Shown piece after piece: positions 1 to 9,531 of a stretch of DNA of 64,000 bases. Below the pieces are notes generated by a model. That model did not search any database and was not told the DNA's origin. It saw only the letters and a program-made list of their open reading frames with translations. Position 1 is the stretch's first letter. Every line of letters starts with the position of its first letter. The translations under genes and the position numbers were made by a program. This DNA comes from Candidatus Scatomonas pullistercoris (GTDB lineage: Bacteria > Bacillota > Clostridia > Lachnospirales > Lachnospiraceae). The stretch covers positions 62,659 through 126,658 of the forward strand of contig DVOO01000016.1 in the NCBI GenBank assembly GCA_018713515.1. Reading direction: 5' to 3'.

Positions 1-78
1 TTATCTGATGATTTCCTTCCGGCTTCTGAAGCTTCACCGGGGAGCCTCTTCCGAAACCATCGAGCTGCATAATTAAAA

Positions 79-108
79 AGAGGAGCCGTCAGACGCAGCG
101 GCTCCTCT
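79..108. terminator. GC-rich hairpin, probably a bidirectional intrinsic terminator
   Basis: GAGGAGCCG (80-88) pairs with CGGCTCCTC (99-107) around a 10-nt loop. On the minus strand it is followed by CTTTTTAATT, 15 nt past the rubredoxin stop. Confidence 0.5.
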
Positions 109-122
109 CTTTCTCTTCTTCT

Positions 123-284
123 TTAGTCTACCGGCTCAAATTCCTCTTTGCCGGCTCCGCAGATGGGGCACTCCCAGTCATCCGGCAGGTCTTCAAAGGA
201 AGTGCCGGCGGGAATTCCGCTGTCCGGATCACCCACCGCGGGATCATACTCATAGCCACAGGGTCCGCAAACATATTTTTTCAT
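123..284 (-). CDS. rubredoxin (53 aa)
   Basis: Absent from the ORF track because it is under 60 aa. ATG at 284 to TAA at 123 gives [53 protein letters not shown]. Both Cys knuckles (CGPCG, CPICG) and the DDW motif are present. Confidence 0.9.
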   Translation of the reverse strand: MKKYVCGPCGYEYDPAVGDPDSGIPAGTSFEDLPDDWECPICGAGKEEFEPVD

Positions 285-337
285 TGTATCTACCTCTTCT
301 TTCCAAATTAATAATAGTAATTCTTATTACATTTCGC

Positions 338-366
338 ATTATATACTATTCCGCTGCAAAATGCAA
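338..366 (-). promoter_or_regulatory. sigma-A type promoter for the rubredoxin gene
   Basis: Minus strand reads TTGCAT (366-361), a 17-nt spacer, then TATAAT (343-338), about 55 nt upstream of the ATG. Confidence 0.55.
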
Positions 367-400
367 TAGCCTGTTCCTAGTTTCTCCCGGCAAAAAGACT

Positions 401-1204
401 TTATTCCCGGGAATTCTCCGAAAGAAGCCGGAGCATTTCCCCGTGAACCTTCCCATTCGTAGCCAGCACCTCTGAAGGCCGGGTGGGATCCTGAAGCTTT
501 CCGCCAAAATCCGTCACACGGCCTCCCGCCTCCTGTACCAGCAGGAGACCTGCCGCGTAGTCCCAGGGGCTTAACCGTTTTTCGTAGAAGGCTTCGCTTC
601 TTCCCGCCGCTACATAAGCGATATCGAGAGCCGCCGACCCGGTTCTCCGTATATCCTGGCAGTGCAGGAAAATTTTCTCCGCCGTGTGGAAGGTCCAGTC
701 CGCATACTCCCGGTAATAGGGCGATGTCCCGAATTCCACCAGACTCTCGGCCAGCGTTTCCGCCCGGCTCACCTGCATGGGCTGTCCGCAGCAGAAGGCT
801 CCCTCTCCCTTCCTGGCTGAAAACACCTCCTCCGAATAAGGATTGTATATAATCCCGGCTACCACCTGACGTCCGGCGCACAGGGCCAGGGAGACAGCAC
901 TCTGCCGGTACTGGTGTATCAGATTCGTGGTGCCGTCCACCGGATCCAGGATCCAGAGCGCTCCGTCCAGATCCAGCTCCCGGTTATCCTTCTCTTCTCC
1001 CATAAACTGTATCTCCGGATACAGCCGCGCCAGTTCTCCGGAGAGATACTCCTGTACATGGAAATCCACATCCGTCACAAAATCCGCCGGCCCTTTCCGG
1101 TGGACATGGGCTCTTGCCTCCGCATCCATGATAATTTTCCTGGTTCCCCTGACAATTTCAATGATCTGATCCATGGAAAATTCCGGTAATACTTTCTGAT
1201 TCAT
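401..1204 (-). CDS. inositol monophosphatase family protein
   Basis: 267 aa with the WILDPVDGTTNLIH and WDYAAG motifs of the IMPase/SuhB family. The start codon is ATG. Confidence 0.85.
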   Translation of the reverse strand: MNQKVLPEFSMDQIIEIVRGTRKIIMDAEARAHVHRKGPADFVTDVDFHVQEYLSGELARLYPEIQFMGEEKDNRELDLDGALWILDPVDGTTNLIHQYRQSAVSLALCAGRQVVAGIIYNPYSEEVFSARKGEGAFCCGQPMQVSRAETLAESLVEFGTSPYYREYADWTFHTAEKIFLHCQDIRRTGSAALDIAYVAAGRSEAFYEKRLSPWDYAAGLLLVQEAGGRVTDFGGKLQDPTRPSEVLATNGKVHGEMLRLLSENSRE

Positions 1205-1283
1205 CTTTCTTCAGTCCTCTCTGGCAGGAAATTTTTTCCCGCCATATGCAAGTATACTACATCTCCCGGGATCCGCACAAGCA

Positions 1284-1829
1284 TCATTCCGTTAAAACCC
1301 CTCCCAGAATGGTGCTGGCCGCGATTCCGGCCAGCACGGACAGCAGGGCTCCCGCCAGAGTGTACCGCGTCTTCGTCACTTTCGCCGCCGCAAAGTATAC
1401 AGACATGGTGTAGAAAACCGTTTCCGTACAGCTCATCAGCAGCGAGGCGATGATGCCTATGCGGGAATCTGTACCGTACTGCTTGTAAATATCCAGCAGC
1501 AGCCCGGTAGCGGCGCTGGAAGAAAACAGCCGCACCAGCGCCAGGGGCACCAGCCCCGCCGGGAACCCCGCCACCCGGGTGAGTTTTCCCAGCTGTTCCG
1601 CCGCCATGTCCAGAAAACCGGAAGCCCGCAGCACGCCCACCGATACCATAAGCCCGATAAGAGTGGGAAGAATTTTCACCACTGTCCGCAGCCCCTCCCC
1701 GGCCCCGGACAAAAAATCCTCGTACACATTTTTCTTTTTGGCCAGGGCGTTCCCCACAATATAAAAAATCATGCAGGGGATCATCAAATCCGAAATAAAA
1801 TACAGAATTTTCACAGAAAATATGCACAT
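1284..1829 (-). CDS. spmB: spore maturation protein B-like (nucleoside recognition domain) membrane protein
   Basis: Polytopic membrane protein whose N-terminus (..ISDLMIPCMIFYIVGNALAKKKNVYEDFLSGAGEGL..) resembles SpmB. The start is uncertain; ATGs at 1829, 1853 and 1898 all lack a clear RBS. No spmA gene is adjacent. Confidence 0.6.
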   Translation of the reverse strand: MCIFSVKILYFISDLMIPCMIFYIVGNALAKKKNVYEDFLSGAGEGLRTVVKILPTLIGLMVSVGVLRASGFLDMAAEQLGKLTRVAGFPAGLVPLALVRLFSSSAATGLLLDIYKQYGTDSRIGIIASLLMSCTETVFYTMSVYFAAAKVTKTRYTLAGALLSVLAGIAASTILGGVLTE

Positions 1830-1896
1830 TCCATGACATTGTCCTTTAAACATGGTATTATAAGAAAAATAAAAATATACCAGCGAGGATTTTGTC

Positions 1897-2682
1897 ATGT
1901 TTGAAAACTACAATTGCCCCATCCCCAGTGTGGACACGTATCTGGAGCGTATCGGCGCTCCCGCGCCGACGGCCGGCCCCAGCCTGGAATATCTGGACGA
2001 GCTGATCCGGCTGCATCAGTGCTCCGTCCCCTTTGAAAATCTGGATATCTACGATTATCACAGGCCGATCCGGCTGGAAATTCCGGCTCTGTACGAGAAG
2101 ATCGTCCTGCGCCGCAGAGGCGGTTACTGTTTTGAGCTGAACGGCCTGTTTCTTCAGCTTCTGAAGGCGCTGGGCTACGATGCCTGGCCCTGCGTGTGCC
2201 GCGGCCTCCTGCGCGGAGAAGAAGGGCCCATCCTGCACCGGGCCGTTCTTGTCCGGCTTGCAGACACCATCTATCTCTGCGACGTGGGCTTCGGCGGCCC
2301 TTCCTCCTCCTGCGCCCTTCCCCTGCAGGAAAATTCTCCGCGAACAGCCCTTGGCAAAACCTTTTATGTCAAAAAGGCACGCGATACCTGGTGGACCACG
2401 GTTCAGCGCACCCCGGAAGGAGAAGATCAGGAGGTTCTCCGTTTTTCCACCGCCGTCATGGAGCCGGTGGACTTTATTCCCCTAAGCTACTACTGTTCCA
2501 CAGAAGAGACCAGCTACTTTCGTTCACAGCGCATGGCCAGCCTGCGGACACCGGAGGGAAGCATCTCCATCAGCGATATGACGTTTAAAGAGACCCGCGG
2601 GACAGACATCCGGGAAACGGTTCTGGAATCCCGGTCAGAACTGGAATCTGTGCTGCGGAACCGGTTCGGCATGCTCCTCTGA
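1897..2682 (+). CDS. arylamine N-acetyltransferase
   Basis: 261 aa with the catalytic-Cys motif RRGGYCFELNGLF and a later VGFGG segment. A GAGGA RBS lies 8 nt upstream of the ATG. Confidence 0.85.
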   Translation: MFENYNCPIPSVDTYLERIGAPAPTAGPSLEYLDELIRLHQCSVPFENLDIYDYHRPIRLEIPALYEKIVLRRRGGYCFELNGLFLQLLKALGYDAWPCVCRGLLRGEEGPILHRAVLVRLADTIYLCDVGFGGPSSSCALPLQENSPRTALGKTFYVKKARDTWWTTVQRTPEGEDQEVLRFSTAVMEPVDFIPLSYYCSTEETSYFRSQRMASLRTPEGSISISDMTFKETRGTDIRETVLESRSELESVLRNRFGMLL

Positions 2683-2702
2683 CCGGAGAAAGGTACAAAA
2701 TC

Positions 2703-3476
2703 ATGAAATTTCGTCCCTGCATCGATATACACAACGGCAAAGTAAAACAGATCGTTGGAAGTTCCCTGCGGGATTCCGGCGATCAGGCATCTGAAAACTT
2801 CGTTTCTGAACAGGACGGCGCCTTCTATGCCCGCCTGTACCGGAAGCACGGGCTTTCCGGCGGCCACGTAATTCTTCTGAACCCTCCTTCCTCGGAATAC
2901 TACGGAGCCACCAGGCAGCAGGCCTTTTCTGCCCTGGCCGCCTGGCCGGGCCACCTGCAGCTGGGCGGGGGCATCCGCCCCGAAAATGCCCCGGATTTTC
3001 TGGAGGCCGGCGCCAGCCATGTCATCGTCACCTCCTACGTATTCCGTGACGGACACATCAGCTATGACAATCTGAACCGGCTGGTGAGGACCGTAGGGCG
3101 CCGCCGTCTGGTGCTGGATCTGAGCTGCCGGAAAAGAGACGGACGCTACTACATCGTCACGGACCGCTGGCAGAAATTTACCGAGGAAGAAGTGACCCCG
3201 GAGCTGCTGGAACACTTAAGTGCCTTCTGCGATGAATTCCTGGTTCATGCTGTGGATGTGGAGGGGAAAGCCTCCGGCATTGAGACAGAGCTGATCCGCC
3301 TTCTGGCCGGGATGGAGGGCTTTCCCGTTACCTACGCCGGAGGCGTGGGCAGCTTCTCCGATCTGGAACAGCTGAAAAAAGAAGGCCGGGGCCGGCTGGA
3401 TGTGACCATCGGCAGTGCCCTGGACCTGTTCGGCGGCCCCATGGCCTTCCGGGATGTACTTAATTACTGCCGGTAG
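2703..3476 (+). CDS. hisA: HisA-type ProFAR isomerase (His6-like long form)
   Basis: 257 aa starting [19 protein letters not shown], with a later GGGIR segment and a VTYAGGV phosphate-binding segment. It is not in a his operon here. Confidence 0.7.
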   Translation: MKFRPCIDIHNGKVKQIVGSSLRDSGDQASENFVSEQDGAFYARLYRKHGLSGGHVILLNPPSSEYYGATRQQAFSALAAWPGHLQLGGGIRPENAPDFLEAGASHVIVTSYVFRDGHISYDNLNRLVRTVGRRRLVLDLSCRKRDGRYYIVTDRWQKFTEEEVTPELLEHLSAFCDEFLVHAVDVEGKASGIETELIRLLAGMEGFPVTYAGGVGSFSDLEQLKKEGRGRLDVTIGSALDLFGGPMAFRDVLNYCR

Positions 3477-4317
3477 CTTCCTGCATCTGCCTGGCCCGCT
3501 TCAGAAAAGCGATTTCCTTCGCGTATCCGTCCAGTTCATTGGGGGTTTCCAGATAAACAGGAAGCCCCTTTATTTTCGGGTGGTTCAGAAAACGCGCCAG
3601 CGCCTCCTCCCCGATCTGCCCCATCCCCAGCTTTTCGTGCCGGTCTTTATGACTGCCCAGAGGATTTTTACTGTCATTCATATGTACAGCGCACAGCCGG
3701 TCCAGTCCGATAACCGCGTCAAATTCTTCCAGAACCCCGTCCAGATCTTCCACAATATCATACCCCCCGTCAAACACATGGCAGGTATCCAGACAGACTC
3801 CCATATGCTCCTGCAGCTCCACCCGGTCCAGAATTGCCCGGAGCTCCTCGAAGCTTCTCCCCACTTCCGATCCCTTTCCCGCCATGGTTTCCAGCAGCAC
3901 CCGGGTGCTCTGCTCCGGCCGCAGAATTTCATTGAGGATCTCCGCAATCTTTTTTATCCCCGTTTCCGCTCCCTGGCCCGTATGGCTGCCGGGATGAAAA
4001 TTATACATGCTCCCCGGAAGGTATTCCATCCGTTTCAGGTCATCTGCCATGGTCTCCCTGGCAAATTCCCGGACATGTTCATCCGATGAAGCGGCGTTCA
4101 GGGTGTAGGGGGCGTGGGCCAGAAGCTGTCCGATCCCGTGTTCCCCGGCAAATTCCAGATATTTTCTCACATCCTCCGGATCTATTTCCCTGGCCCTGGA
4201 ACCCCTGGGGTTTCTTGTAAAAAACTGAAAGGTGTTGGCCCCGATCTTCGCCGCCGTTTTTCCCATTTTCAAAAAGCCCCCCGCCGAGGACAGGTGGCAG
4301 CCCACTCGCAGCATCAT
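3460..4317 (-). CDS. nfo: deoxyribonuclease IV (endonuclease IV)
   Basis: 285 aa containing [21 protein letters not shown] and CLDTCH motifs. Its 3' end overlaps the convergent hisA-like gene by 17 bp. Confidence 0.9.
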   Translation of the reverse strand: MMLRVGCHLSSAGGFLKMGKTAAKIGANTFQFFTRNPRGSRAREIDPEDVRKYLEFAGEHGIGQLLAHAPYTLNAASSDEHVREFARETMADDLKRMEYLPGSMYNFHPGSHTGQGAETGIKKIAEILNEILRPEQSTRVLLETMAGKGSEVGRSFEELRAILDRVELQEHMGVCLDTCHVFDGGYDIVEDLDGVLEEFDAVIGLDRLCAVHMNDSKNPLGSHKDRHEKLGMGQIGEEALARFLNHPKIKGLPVYLETPNELDGYAKEIAFLKRARQMQEATGSN

Positions 4318-5828
4318 GTATTTTCCTCCTGCAATACAATTTTATGGTAAGGTATCTTCAGCTGTTTTAAGTAATACTCCTCCCGGTTCTGACAGGTAAA
4401 CAGAAGTACCTGCCTGCTCTGTTCTCCCAGCACCCGGAGGGCCTGGCACAGCCGCCGGTCATCGTACTGGGCAAACACTTCGTCCAGAAACAGAGGCAGC
4501 TCTTCCTCCGGACAGAGCAGCTTTGCGGAGGCCAGCCGGAGAGCCAGATATACCTGCTCCACCGTCCCCCGGCTGACGCGGGACAGTGGTACGGCATTTT
4601 CCCGGGTATGCAGGGTCATGTGCAGCTCCTCGTCCAGGCTGACCCCTGTGTATTTCCCGGCGGTAATCGCCTGCAGCAGCCGGGAAATGTTCTCCCGCAG
4701 GCGCCCGCCCATCCGTCTCTGCATATCGGCGGACAGCTGCCGGATCACCTGTCCGGCCAGGCGGAGCGCCTGAAGGTCCGTCTCCAGGGGATCTCTTTTT
4801 GCCAGCAGCACGCCGGATTCCCGGTATTCTTCCTCCGCGTTGGCGCAGGCGCGCTCCCTGTCTTTCAGCTCTCCACGCAGATATTCCGTGCTCCACTGCA
4901 GCTTCCCTGTCTCTTCCCGTCCCGTTTCCCCTGCGGTGTTCTTCCTGTGCCGGATACCGGCTCCGGCAAAGATGGAGAGCCCCAGAAAAAGGACCGCGAG
5001 AAAGATCCGCGGCGGCAGGGACAGATCCCGGAGCAAAAACAGGCTTCCGAGAGCCAGCAGAAAAGCCAGGGCCGCAAAAAATTTCCGGGCCCGTCCCTGC
5101 CTTTCCCGCGTTCCTTCCCGGGGCAGGTCCGCCGCGGCGGCATGCCCCTTCAGTACCTCCACGGCCTCCTCCAGCTCCTCCCTTACTTTCTCGCACTCCC
5201 GGCGGAGATAGGATAGGCGGGCGCGTATCTCCTGCTGCCGCGCTTCCCCGGCCTTCTGTCTCTCCTGCAGCTCTCTCTCCAGCTCTTTGCGCCGTTCCTT
5301 CAGATTCTCCTCCGCCTTTTTCAGATCCAGGGTTCCATCGCCGCCTCCCTGGCAGCCGGCCATATAATTATTCAGCTCCCGGGCCAGTCCTTCTCCGGTG
5401 ACCCCCTTCATCTGCTCCACGGATACGGTATTGTCAAAAACCGTTTCACTGATTCCGCCCAGCAGCATATCCAGATCTCCATCCTCCAGAGAAAGGCATT
5501 CTCCATCGCTCTCACAGACCAGCTGTTCCGCCCTCTGTCCCCGGCTGAAATTCCTGGAGAGGCGGAATTCCTTGCCTCCGCTTTCAAACCGCAGGGAGCC
5601 GCCGTAAAACCCGGGATTCTCCCAGGGCTCATAGCGGCTGTAGCTGTCATTTCTGGAGGCCCGCCCCCTCTGGCGCCGTTGGCCGAACAGCATGCCGCGG
5701 ACGAAGGCGTGAAGCGTTGATTTTCCGCTCTCATTTTCTCCGGAAATCAGATTGATGCCGTCCTCCAGAAGAATTCTCGTTCCCTGAAACTTCCCGAAGC
5801 CCTTTATATTCAGTTCTCTGATCTTCAT
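4314..5828 (-). CDS. SMC/Rad50-like AAA ATPase (YhaN/SbcE-like, short form)
   Basis: The N-terminus [23 protein letters not shown] carries a Walker A motif. The C-terminus has [14 protein letters not shown] (Walker B/D-loop), and E/R/K-rich coiled-coil segments lie between. ATGA overlaps couple it to both neighbours. Confidence 0.75.
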   Translation of the reverse strand: MKIRELNIKGFGKFQGTRILLEDGINLISGENESGKSTLHAFVRGMLFGQRRQRGRASRNDSYSRYEPWENPGFYGGSLRFESGGKEFRLSRNFSRGQRAEQLVCESDGECLSLEDGDLDMLLGGISETVFDNTVSVEQMKGVTGEGLARELNNYMAGCQGGGDGTLDLKKAEENLKERRKELERELQERQKAGEARQQEIRARLSYLRRECEKVREELEEAVEVLKGHAAAADLPREGTRERQGRARKFFAALAFLLALGSLFLLRDLSLPPRIFLAVLFLGLSIFAGAGIRHRKNTAGETGREETGKLQWSTEYLRGELKDRERACANAEEEYRESGVLLAKRDPLETDLQALRLAGQVIRQLSADMQRRMGGRLRENISRLLQAITAGKYTGVSLDEELHMTLHTRENAVPLSRVSRGTVEQVYLALRLASAKLLCPEEELPLFLDEVFAQYDDRRLCQALRVLGEQSRQVLLFTCQNREEYYLKQLKIPYHKIVLQEENT

Positions 5829-6880
5829 ATATCCCTCTTCGCCTTCAGCAGGGCCTCTACCCCGTAGTACAGCGCTTTGCGCTCTGTTTCTGTCTCTTTT
5901 CCGTCAAAATAATCCACAAACTCTCCGATAAGGCTTCCGCGGAATTTTTCGGAAAGTTCCCGGAAATCCCAGGCAGGCTCCGTCTCATCCGTCGCCTGCA
6001 GAACCCGGTCCATACGCTTAAGTCTCTCCAGAGAAAATTCCGTCTCCGGATCCCTTAGGCCGGTCAGCCGGAGTTTAAACAGATTGCCGGCGCCGGACCG
6101 GCGGATCTCTTCCCGGACCGTCTCCTCCAGTTCAAACTGTGTTGTTTCGGGTTTCACCGGAAGCTCCAGCTTCCGGTAGCTGCGGACCGCGAAAGGAACA
6201 AACTCTGTCCGGACGCCGTCTCCTTTGCAGACCACCCGTATATACCCGTGGGGCCCCTCATCGTTCCGGTCGATGGGCTCCAGGGCTCCCGCGTAGGCAG
6301 CCCGGCCCCCCGGAAAAATTTCCGGCCGGTGAATATGTCCCAGGGCCGCGTAGGTAAAGCCGGCCGCCTCCAGCTCCCGGAAATCCAGCGGGCTGTGTTT
6401 CCCGTCGCCTCCGTGTGCCACCAGAATATGGAAGGTTTCCCTGCCCTGAGGCCTTGCGCCCCGGTACAGATTTTCACAGACCTCCCGGCTGTGGTAGCTG
6501 CATCCGTAGACACAGGTATCCTTCCCGGGAACGGGCACCCTCAGGCAGCGCTCGTCCCAGAGCCCGATAACATTTCTGCTCCAGGTGAAGCCGGGATAGC
6601 AGGAATTTCCTGCCAGATAGTCGTGATTTCCCGCCATCAGCACCACGGTTGTTTCCGGAATAGAAGCAAACAGATAATTCACTTCCTTCAGTTCCCGGAG
6701 CAGGGGCTGCCGGTGAAAAAGATCCCCTGCGACCAGCAGAAAATCTGCCCTCTCCTCCTTCACCCTCTCAATCAGGCGGCGGAAGCTGTTCCAGATCTCC
6801 TGCTCTCTCTCCCGGCTCCATGCATATCCCGGATCCGGTCTGGCCCCCAGATGAATATCCGCCGTATGGATAATCTTCAT
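5825..6880 (-). CDS. Mre11/SbcD-family metallophosphoesterase DNA repair exonuclease (YhaO/SbcF-like)
   Basis: Motifs DIHLG, AGDLFH, GNHD and GHIH are present. An AGGAGG RBS precedes the start, which overlaps the ATPase gene stop. Confidence 0.85.
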   Translation of the reverse strand: MKIIHTADIHLGARPDPGYAWSREREQEIWNSFRRLIERVKEERADFLLVAGDLFHRQPLLRELKEVNYLFASIPETTVVLMAGNHDYLAGNSCYPGFTWSRNVIGLWDERCLRVPVPGKDTCVYGCSYHSREVCENLYRGARPQGRETFHILVAHGGDGKHSPLDFRELEAAGFTYAALGHIHRPEIFPGGRAAYAGALEPIDRNDEGPHGYIRVVCKGDGVRTEFVPFAVRSYRKLELPVKPETTQFELEETVREEIRRSGAGNLFKLRLTGLRDPETEFSLERLKRMDRVLQATDETEPAWDFRELSEKFRGSLIGEFVDYFDGKETETERKALYYGVEALLKAKRDI

Positions 6881-6889
6881 AGGCGCCTC

Positions 6890-8284
6890 CTAGTATTCAC
6901 AGGTTCCCGCTGTTCTGGGGAAGGGAATCACATCCCGGATGTTGCTGATGCCCGTAAGATACATGATGCACCGCTCAAACCCCAGACCGAATCCGGCATG
7001 CCGGGTACTTCCGTATTTTCTGAGATCCAGGTAGAAGCTGTAATCCTCCCGGTTCATGCCCAGCTCCTCCATTCTCCGCTCCAGCCGGCCGTAATCCTCT
7101 TCCCTCTGGCTTCCGCCGATGATCTCCCCGATACCCGGTACCAGACAGTCCATGGCCGCCACCGTGCGCCCGTCCGGATTCTGCTTCATGTAAAAGGCTT
7201 TGATCTCCCGGGGATAATCTGTGACAAAGACAGGTCTCTGAAAGATCTGCTCCGTAAGATACCGCTCATGCTCCGTCTGCAGATCCGCGCCCCAGGATAC
7301 CGGGTACTCAAACTTACTGTTGTTTTTTTCCAGAAGCTTTACCGCCTCCGTGTAGGTGACACGGGCAAATTCCGCCTCCGCCACGCCGGACAGCCTCTCC
7401 AGAAGCCCCGGATCCACAAAACGGTTCAGAAACTGCAGTTCCGCCGGCGCCTTCTCCATCACGTACCGGATCACGTATTTCAGCATGTCTTCCGCCAGCT
7501 CCATGTCATCCTGCAGGTCCGCGAAGGCCATCTCCGGCTCGATCATCCAGAATTCCGCCGCGTGCCTGGGCGTATTGGAATTTTCCGCCCGGAAGGTGGG
7601 GCCGAAGGTATAAATATTCCGGAAGGCCTGGGCAAAGGTTTCCCCGCAGAGCTGGCCGCTGACAGTCAGGGAGGTCTTTTTTCTGAAAAAATCCTGCCCG
7701 TAATCCACATGCCCCCGGGCATCCCGGGGCGGCTGCTCCATATCCAGCGTGGTTACCTGAAACATCTCTCCGGCCCCCTCGCAGTCACTCCCCGTTATCA
7801 GCGGCGTGTGCACGTAAACAAAATCCCTGTCCTGAAAGAAACAGTGGATGGCGTGGTCCGCCAGGGAACGGATCCGGAAAACTGCCTGGAAAGTATTGGT
7901 CCTGGGCCGCAGATGCGCGATGGTCCGCAGATATTCCAGGGAATGGCGCTTCTTCTGCAGCGGATAGTCCGGCTTCGAGCCTCCCTCCACGGAAATCTGT
8001 TCTGCCTGAATCTCAAAGGGCTGCTTTGCCTCCGGCGTGGCCAGGAGAACACCTTGCACCGCCACGGCGGCTCCCACGTTCAGCCGGGAAATTTCACGGA
8101 AGTTTTCCATGCCCTCCTGGTACACAATCTGCAGGGTCTCAAAACAGGAACCATCGTGGAGCACCAGAAAGCCGAAGCTTCTGGAAGCCCGGATGCTGCG
8201 CACCCAGCCCCCCACACGGATCCTCTGCCCCAGATAGGCCTCCCGATCCTCATAGATTTCCCGCACTGTCACAAGCTTGTCCAT
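6890..8284 (-). CDS. asnS: asparagine--tRNA ligase
   Basis: 464 aa with an N-terminal OB-fold segment ([12 protein letters not shown]) and class II motifs ([12 protein letters not shown]). Confidence 0.93.
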   Translation of the reverse strand: MDKLVTVREIYEDREAYLGQRIRVGGWVRSIRASRSFGFLVLHDGSCFETLQIVYQEGMENFREISRLNVGAAVAVQGVLLATPEAKQPFEIQAEQISVEGGSKPDYPLQKKRHSLEYLRTIAHLRPRTNTFQAVFRIRSLADHAIHCFFQDRDFVYVHTPLITGSDCEGAGEMFQVTTLDMEQPPRDARGHVDYGQDFFRKKTSLTVSGQLCGETFAQAFRNIYTFGPTFRAENSNTPRHAAEFWMIEPEMAFADLQDDMELAEDMLKYVIRYVMEKAPAELQFLNRFVDPGLLERLSGVAEAEFARVTYTEAVKLLEKNNSKFEYPVSWGADLQTEHERYLTEQIFQRPVFVTDYPREIKAFYMKQNPDGRTVAAMDCLVPGIGEIIGGSQREEDYGRLERRMEELGMNREDYSFYLDLRKYGSTRHAGFGLGFERCIMYLTGISNIRDVIPFPRTAGTCEY

Positions 8285-8307
8285 TTTACTGTCTCCTCTC
8301 TTCCGTT

Positions 8308-8940
8308 TTACTGTTCCGCAGATTCCTCTGATATTTTTCCTGCATCAAATCTGATTTTTGCAAGTTCTCTTTCATTTCCATCTGTAAACACTGCCCCCTC
8401 CGGATCCAGAGTGGCTTTCGCTCCGGGAGCAAATTCCAAATACAGCTCATCCGTCTGCCGTCCGGTGGTTTCCTCTGCGGCAGTGATCCTGTATCTCCAG
8501 CTTTCTTCTCCCTCCGTGACCATTACCTGATACACATAGCCTCCCCCGGCAACAGAATCTACATACTGCTCCTGTGCTTCTCCCTGCGGCGCGCTACCGG
8601 CGCTTTCCTGGGCAGCCTCCATCGAGGCCCCGGAAAAGCTTCCGTCCCCGTCCGCATTGTCCGCCGCGCTTTCCACCTGCCCCGCGCCTGCTGCCGAAGC
8701 CTGGGAAGAGCTCCCGCTTCCTTCCTGTCCCCTTCCTACGGCGGCCCATACCAGGCAGCCGGCGCACAGAGTCACGCAGGCAGCCGCGGCCAGCTGCCGG
8801 CGGACCACTTTCCTCTTCCTGGCCTGCCGTGCGCTCTGGCTCTCCAGTTTTTTCTTTATCTGTTCCGGCTTCAGACGCTCCGGTATTTTTACAGAATCTG
8901 CGGAGGTCTTCAGCTGTTCCATCAGTTTTCTTTCATCCAT
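8308..8940 (-). CDS. putative anti-sigma factor or membrane-anchored partner of the upstream ECF sigma
   Basis: It has one TM helix ([19 protein letters not shown]), a low-complexity S/A/G linker and a small C-terminal domain. It lies 13 bp downstream of the sigma gene and has an AGGAGGG RBS. Confidence 0.5.
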   Translation of the reverse strand: MDERKLMEQLKTSADSVKIPERLKPEQIKKKLESQSARQARKRKVVRRQLAAAACVTLCAGCLVWAAVGRGQEGSGSSSQASAAGAGQVESAADNADGDGSFSGASMEAAQESAGSAPQGEAQEQYVDSVAGGGYVYQVMVTEGEESWRYRITAAEETTGRQTDELYLEFAPGAKATLDPEGAVFTDGNERELAKIRFDAGKISEESAEQ

Positions 8941-8953
8941 CCTGAATTCCCTC

Positions 8954-9457
8954 CTATTCTTCCAGCATGGCGGCCAGCTTTTTCAGAGCCCGGCTCTCCC
9001 GGGACCGGACCGTATTTTCATTCATTTTCAGCAGGCTTCCGATCTCCTGGCTGGTATAGCCCCCGAACAGATGCAGGGACAGAATCAGCCTGTCCGTATC
9101 GGAAAGGGTAAAAAAAGCTGACCGGACCGCCAGATCTTCTGCCAGCTCCCTGCTGCCGCCGGCCATCTCCTCAGGAAGCTCCTCCGTTCTGTGTACATAT
9201 TCTTTCATTTTTCTCCTGCATTTGTTGGACAGGATCTTAAAGATCCAGGCCCGGAAGGCGTCCGCATCCCGAAGTTTCCGAATGGACGCGAAAGCATCAG
9301 CCACTGTATCGCTGACCACATCCTCCGCATCCTGCGGATTCTTAAGGGTATACAGAGCCATCCGGTACAGATCCCGGTAAACCTCCTCATACAGAGCGGC
9401 AAAGGCTTCTGTATCCCCGGCCCTGGCCCTCCAGGCCAGACTTTCCTTTGTACTCAT
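8954..9457 (-). CDS. ECF-type sigma-70 family RNA polymerase sigma factor
   Basis: Region 2 (DAEDVVSDTV..FRAWIFKI) and the region 4 HTH (YTSQEIGSLLKMNENTVRSRESRALKKL) are recognisable. I chose the ATG at 9457 because of its AGGTGG RBS; the alternative is 9472. Confidence 0.85.
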   Translation of the reverse strand: MSTKESLAWRARAGDTEAFAALYEEVYRDLYRMALYTLKNPQDAEDVVSDTVADAFASIRKLRDADAFRAWIFKILSNKCRRKMKEYVHRTEELPEEMAGGSRELAEDLAVRSAFFTLSDTDRLILSLHLFGGYTSQEIGSLLKMNENTVRSRESRALKKLAAMLEE

Positions 9458-9531
9458 CTCTCCACCTCTCATGAACGCGTTCTTTTCAGGTGTTTTCCTT
9501 TCTGTGTCTCCGGAAGGACTGTTTGTTGCGT

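Noticed and set aside
1-75. Possible 3' end of a plus-strand gene, or a minus-strand ORF starting at 70 and leaving the window
   Set aside because: It is too short to recognise. Two plus frames are open to stops at 72 and 75. The minus ATG at 70 has no RBS and sits directly after a terminator hairpin. I left it unannotated.
4459-5401. Cluster of five or six overlapping ORFs in several frames
   Set aside because: All lie inside the coiled-coil/TM region of the SbcE-like ATPase gene. Repetitive GAG/CGG-rich codons keep alternative frames open, and none has motifs or an RBS.
6248-8530. 760-aa plus-strand ORF
   Set aside because: It is entirely antisense to asnS and the SbcD-like gene, which have unambiguous family motifs. 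Its product is low-complexity (P/R/G/L-rich) with no recognisable domain. It is a typical shadow ORF of high-GC coding DNA.
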